Below, one piece after another: positions 49,201 to 51,905 of a DNA stretch of 51,905 nucleotides (position 1 is its first letter; every line of letters starts with the position of its first letter). The notes below the pieces were generated by a model that was not told the DNA's origin, ran no database searches, and saw nothing but the letters and a program-made list of their open reading frames with translations. The stretch lies in assembly GCF_947628055.1 (NCBI RefSeq), contig NZ_CANQYJ010000001.1, positions 1 through 51,905 of the forward strand. Reading direction: 5' to 3'. Source of the DNA: an uncultured Rikenella sp. GTDB taxonomy: Bacteria; Bacteroidota; Bacteroidia; Bacteroidales; Rikenellaceae. The translations under genes and the position numbers were made by a program.

Positions 49201-49853
49201 AGGTTCTTCAACTGGTTACCGTACTGCGTATTCCGGTCGTTATTCCCGTAGATGGTTCCTTTGTCCTGCTGAGCGTATTCCATGATAACCCCGTCGATCA
49301 CATAGATCGGCGAGTTGTTCTTGGTCAGCGACTTGGCACCACGGATCGTCACGGTCGGAGCCGTAGTTACCCCGGCAGACCCCCCTGTGGCAATCTGCAC
49401 CCCGGCAACCTTACCCTGCAATGCATTTGCCGGGCTGATCGTGTTGGTACGGGCCAGTTCTTCCCCTTTAACGGAAGACGTGGCATACCCGAGTGCACGG
49501 TTCTGCTTCCGTCCTCCCAGCGCAGTCACAGTGACTGCCTCTGTCTGCAAAGCATCGGGTTGCAAGGTCACGTTGATAGTCGTTTTCCCCGCTACCGCAA
49601 TCTCTTGTTTACGCATACCGGCGTAGCTAAATACCAGCGTGGAATTAGCCACCGATGCGTTGTTGATGGTGTAAGCACCGTCGGCACTGGTCAGAGCGCC
49701 AATGTTCGTACCTTTGATCTGTACGACTACACCTGCGAGTGGTTGTCCGTCTTCGGCAGACTTAACCACACCGCTCACCCGGCTCTGCGCATAGGCTGTA
49801 CCGCCTATAAGCAGACCAAGGACCAACAATGTTAACAGTCTAATTTTCTTCAT
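46287..49853 (-). CDS. SusC/RagA family TonB-dependent transporter, full-length (expressed position)
   Basis: Signal peptide, N-terminal CarboxypepD_reg-like domain (GVVKSAEDGQPLAGV), plug motif and C-terminal LNLRF. Confidence 0.95.
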   Translation of the reverse strand: MKKIRLLTLLVLGLLIGGTAYAQSRVSGVVKSAEDGQPLAGVVVQIKGTNIGALTSADGAYTINNASVANSTLVFSYAGMRKQEIAVAGKTTINVTLQPDALQTEAVTVTALGGRKQNRALGYATSSVKGEELARTNTISPANALQGKVAGVQIATGGSAGVTTAPTVTIRGAKSLTKNNSPIYVIDGVIMEYAQQDKGTIYGNNDRNTQYGNQLKNLNPDDYESVTVLKGAAATSLYGSRGANGAIVITTKSGKARKGIGVEVSYGHEWGVTYKNSIALQNLYSAGYGYNGYEGNIPDGADAAYNGYLSDSFGPSFASLKGTQLRQYYKYYAPDNIDNPLEDVIAYPDNWKTIYQNSNYDNVSVALTGGSDKATFRLSYAYTNTDGAMPNNSFDRHSINFTTNGKINDIFSTNLTVQYSNSNTKNVYYSNGWDWNTVPGYITAATINRNTDVQWYQDHFINPETYQRYGTSQLGNLNSLLNKIADDNTNRNEQTLIAQLGLNAQFTDWLDANVSLSYNNWQIFTDTKNYGSSTGRTGSDGYYSIWGETSGSYDGIAQLHSNNRFIDDNLELDVRLLAEIYGNTRSTSYSKSTNGGLISPGLWTFGNSVNPITASQLAASETPRNNMTVGVAGVINLSWKDQVYLEVTGRNDWLSSLLYPTWLPYGQDNYSVFYPSVNASWVFSDTFQIDPNILSFGKLRASWAQVGKGTDAYTTAQGAGGFSISSIYGPQNSSLFQASPNNSALPNYDLKPELQTSIEFGADLRFLNGRIGVDVAYYKTNTKNQILALNAVSESGVSSQWVNAGNIQNQGWEIQLDVTPIRTRTVQWNIGANWSRNRGKIKELANNINYYTITGGVDGSPGVYAFVDGAYGVVAAGGGYGSGQPIARYNNAEDPNDYRNGMKLLFVASKNIDGNLNVNPEAGALGVPVNPVFRYLTANSIAGYYGEESEYWGGKKNLTTEFGSVEPDFYYGINTSVQVNLPNNNGSFDFFGQIDGRSGGYAIQISQEYATASGTTEESLYGRDKDHGGQRRVNYKGEFEYNGIMLDGVFHKTNSVVTSLKTGNDVDLAGMTYREAIEAGHIQPMLASIYYPYNYSWGSRVDNYVSKQTYMALRELTLGYNFPEKWIKHVGLQSARLSFTARNVCYIINKTRGKSNPDSFISNNVLTPYDYGTTPFVRNFSFNLNLRF
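49513..49555 (-). repeat. Right 43-bp inverted repeat (predicted inversion site inside susC)
   Basis: Exact inverse of 35133-35175; encodes ALQTEAVTVTALG. Confidence 0.93.
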
Positions 49854-49927
49854 ATAAAAGCATTTAAGTGAAAAGGGTTAATATTGTTTGACTTGAGTTT
49901 CCATTAGGCTCCACCCCTAACTATGGG

Positions 49928-49935
49928 CAAATATA
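49928..49935 (-). promoter_or_regulatory. Candidate -7 promoter element driving the expressed susC/susD
   Basis: TATATTTG on the minus strand about 75 bp upstream of the susC ATG, outside the invertible segment. Confidence 0.6.
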
Positions 49936-50148
49936 GGATACTATCCCGAGATAAAAAAACTTTTTCTCACGAATTTCGTTTTTTACCCTCCCGCATGCCT
50001 TGCCGTTATCGGTTTTTCCGAGGACACGCATACGATATTAAATATTTTTACTGACCTAATCGGTTCGGTTTCAGGCCGGTGTAAGAGAAAAACACCAGAA
50101 GGCATGATGAAATCCGCCGATCAGGTGCTTATTTATAAAATAATTGCA

Positions 50149-51609
50149 TCACACCGATTCGACCAGCCGGCACAGATATTGCCATACTTTGCCCACGCTG
50201 GCGATCTCGACCCTTTCTGCCGGAGAGTGGACGCCCCGCAAGGTCGGCCCTGTCGAAATGATGTCCAGATGGGGATACCGGGCCAAAAACAGACCGCACT
50301 CCAAGCCCGCATGAATCGCCCGGACTTTCGGTTCGTTTCCGAACATTTCCTTATAAATCCCGGCAGCTTTGCGCACAAGCGCCGAATCCGGATTCGGCGC
50401 CCAGCCCGGATAGCCGTCCGTATGGCACACGTCGGCTCCCGCCAGCGCAAAGACCGCCCCTACCCGATCCGCCACGTCGCGCTTCGCACTCTCGACCGAG
50501 CTGCGCTGCGAAGTCGTGATCTCGATCTTCCCCTCCTCCGGCATCTTTACCGAAGCCAGATTGGTCGAGGTCTCCACCAACCCCGGCATAGCGAAACTCA
50601 TCGCCATAACTCCGTGAGGCACGGCATACAACACATCCAGCAAACGCCGCTGGACATCGGCAGGCAACACATAAGCCGGGGCTTCCGCTACAGGTTCGAG
50701 GTCGATCTTCATCGAGGCTTCCGTATGCTTGTATTCGGCAATCATATCATTGGCCAGCCGCCGGAACGCCTTTTCGGCGGCTTCGCACTGTGCGGCAGGG
50801 ATTGCCGCCACCGCTGCCGCTTCGCGCGGAATGGCATTTCTCAGATTGCCGCCGTCGAACCGGCACAACCGCATGCCGTAATCTTTCTCCAGGTTCCAAA
50901 GGATGCGGTTCAACAGCTTATTGGAGTTGGCATACCCTTTTTCTATGTCATCTCCGGAATGGCCTCCGTGCAGACCCGAGATCTCTACCTTATAATAATG
51001 GTATTCGGCTGCCGAGGGAGCTTTCTCGGGCGTATAGGTCATCGTGGCGATAGTGTCTGTCCCGCCGGCGCAGCCGATAAAGATCTCGCCTTCGTCTTCC
51101 GAATCGAGGTTGATCATCCGGCTGCCGGTGAGCATCCCTTGGCCGAGGTTCATCGCGCCGGTCAGTCCCTGTTCTTCATCGACGGTGAACAGGGCTTCGA
51201 TTTTCGGGCACCGTAAATCCTTGTCTATCAACACTGCCATCTGCAAGGCCATCCCGATCCCGCAGTCTGCCCCCAGCGTAGTTCCGCGGGCTTTCACCCA
51301 ATCTCCGTCGACATATGCCTGAATCGGGTCGTTTCCGAAGTCGATCGATCTGTCGGAGTCTTTCTCGCACACCATGTCCATATGGCTCTGCAAAATCAAG
51401 GCGGGCTCGCTTTCCCGTCCTGCCGCGGCGGGTCGAATAATCACGATGTTCCCTTTCGCGTCCCGCTTGTGTTCCAACCGGTGCTGGTCGGCAAAGGCCT
51501 CGATAAAGGCTTGTATCTTTGATTCTTGCTTCGAAGGACGGGGCACTTGGGTGATCTGCTCGAAAATCTCCCACACGGAACGCGGCTCAAGTTCTGAAAT
51601 CTGTTTCAT
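50149..51609 (-). CDS. pepD: Aminoacyl-histidine dipeptidase (M20 family)
   Basis: LQSHMDMV, TTLGAD, TVDEE, NLDSE, GGHSG and HAGLECG. Confidence 0.95.
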   Translation of the reverse strand: MKQISELEPRSVWEIFEQITQVPRPSKQESKIQAFIEAFADQHRLEHKRDAKGNIVIIRPAAAGRESEPALILQSHMDMVCEKDSDRSIDFGNDPIQAYVDGDWVKARGTTLGADCGIGMALQMAVLIDKDLRCPKIEALFTVDEEQGLTGAMNLGQGMLTGSRMINLDSEDEGEIFIGCAGGTDTIATMTYTPEKAPSAAEYHYYKVEISGLHGGHSGDDIEKGYANSNKLLNRILWNLEKDYGMRLCRFDGGNLRNAIPREAAAVAAIPAAQCEAAEKAFRRLANDMIAEYKHTEASMKIDLEPVAEAPAYVLPADVQRRLLDVLYAVPHGVMAMSFAMPGLVETSTNLASVKMPEEGKIEITTSQRSSVESAKRDVADRVGAVFALAGADVCHTDGYPGWAPNPDSALVRKAAGIYKEMFGNEPKVRAIHAGLECGLFLARYPHLDIISTGPTLRGVHSPAERVEIASVGKVWQYLCRLVESV

Positions 51610-51629
51610 ATTATTTATTACTTTTAACT

Positions 51630-51905
51630 GTTCGATTAATCATTACCCTATGTTTGAGGGTACTGTTCTCTTTGTGAACAAAGAGAACCAGAAAAACTTT
51701 TTGAGATGCTAACGCATCTCTTGAGCCTGCCGGATGCCCTTGTCTTTGATTCTCTTGGGGTGTGAGCAATAGCGGGCACTTAGGTAAATAACGCTTTATG
51801 CCCGCTATTGCCACACCCCAAAGAAAACTCAATGCAAGAGGACTGCGGAGCGTAAGGAGTAGCGCAGCTATCTGAAAGTTTCTTTGGTTCTTTCTTTTCA
51901 AAGAA
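51630..51905 (+). repeat. Modular palindromic intergenic element, copy F (runs off window end)
   Basis: Collinear with copy B from GTTCGATT...ACCCTATGTTTGAGGG to TTTCTTTTCAAAGAA. Confidence 0.88.

Larger units (their letters stand above)
35133..49555. mobile_element. Predicted 14.4-kb invertible segment (two-cassette susC/susD switch)
   Basis: Perfect terminal inverted repeats, adjacent tyrosine recombinase, one complete and one headless susC in opposite orientation. Confidence 0.82.

Noticed and set aside
50028-50036. GCATACGAT as a right-side recombinase arm site
   Set aside because: A single short match far from the repeat that could easily be chance.

Overview
High-GC Bacteroidales chromosome segment (gene content and TAnnTTTG promoters fit Bacteroidota; Rikenellaceae is my impression, not a test). 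Mostly housekeeping genes: recN end, S41 protease, leuS, DPP III, ubiX, trkH/trkA, rsmI, mnmA, aroE, fabI, pepD. Main finding: a tyrosine recombinase gene (33777-35006) lies beside a 14.4-kb segment bounded by a perfect 43-bp inverted repeat (35133-35175 and 49513-49555). The repeat lies in the TonB-box coding region of two oppositely oriented susC-like genes. One susC/susD cassette is joined to a promoter and signal peptide, the other is headless, so inversion would swap the expressed pair and also flip fabI and an aminotransferase that sit between them. Second: many intergenic regions hold a family of modular, nested palindromic elements with interchangeable stems and inserts. Also present: a 65-67 bp tandem repeat, an NVEALA-type peptide gene with a broken leader, and an apparent sawtooth G/C skew. 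No CRISPR array, tRNA or rRNA was seen. Product calls rest on motif recognition, not database searches.
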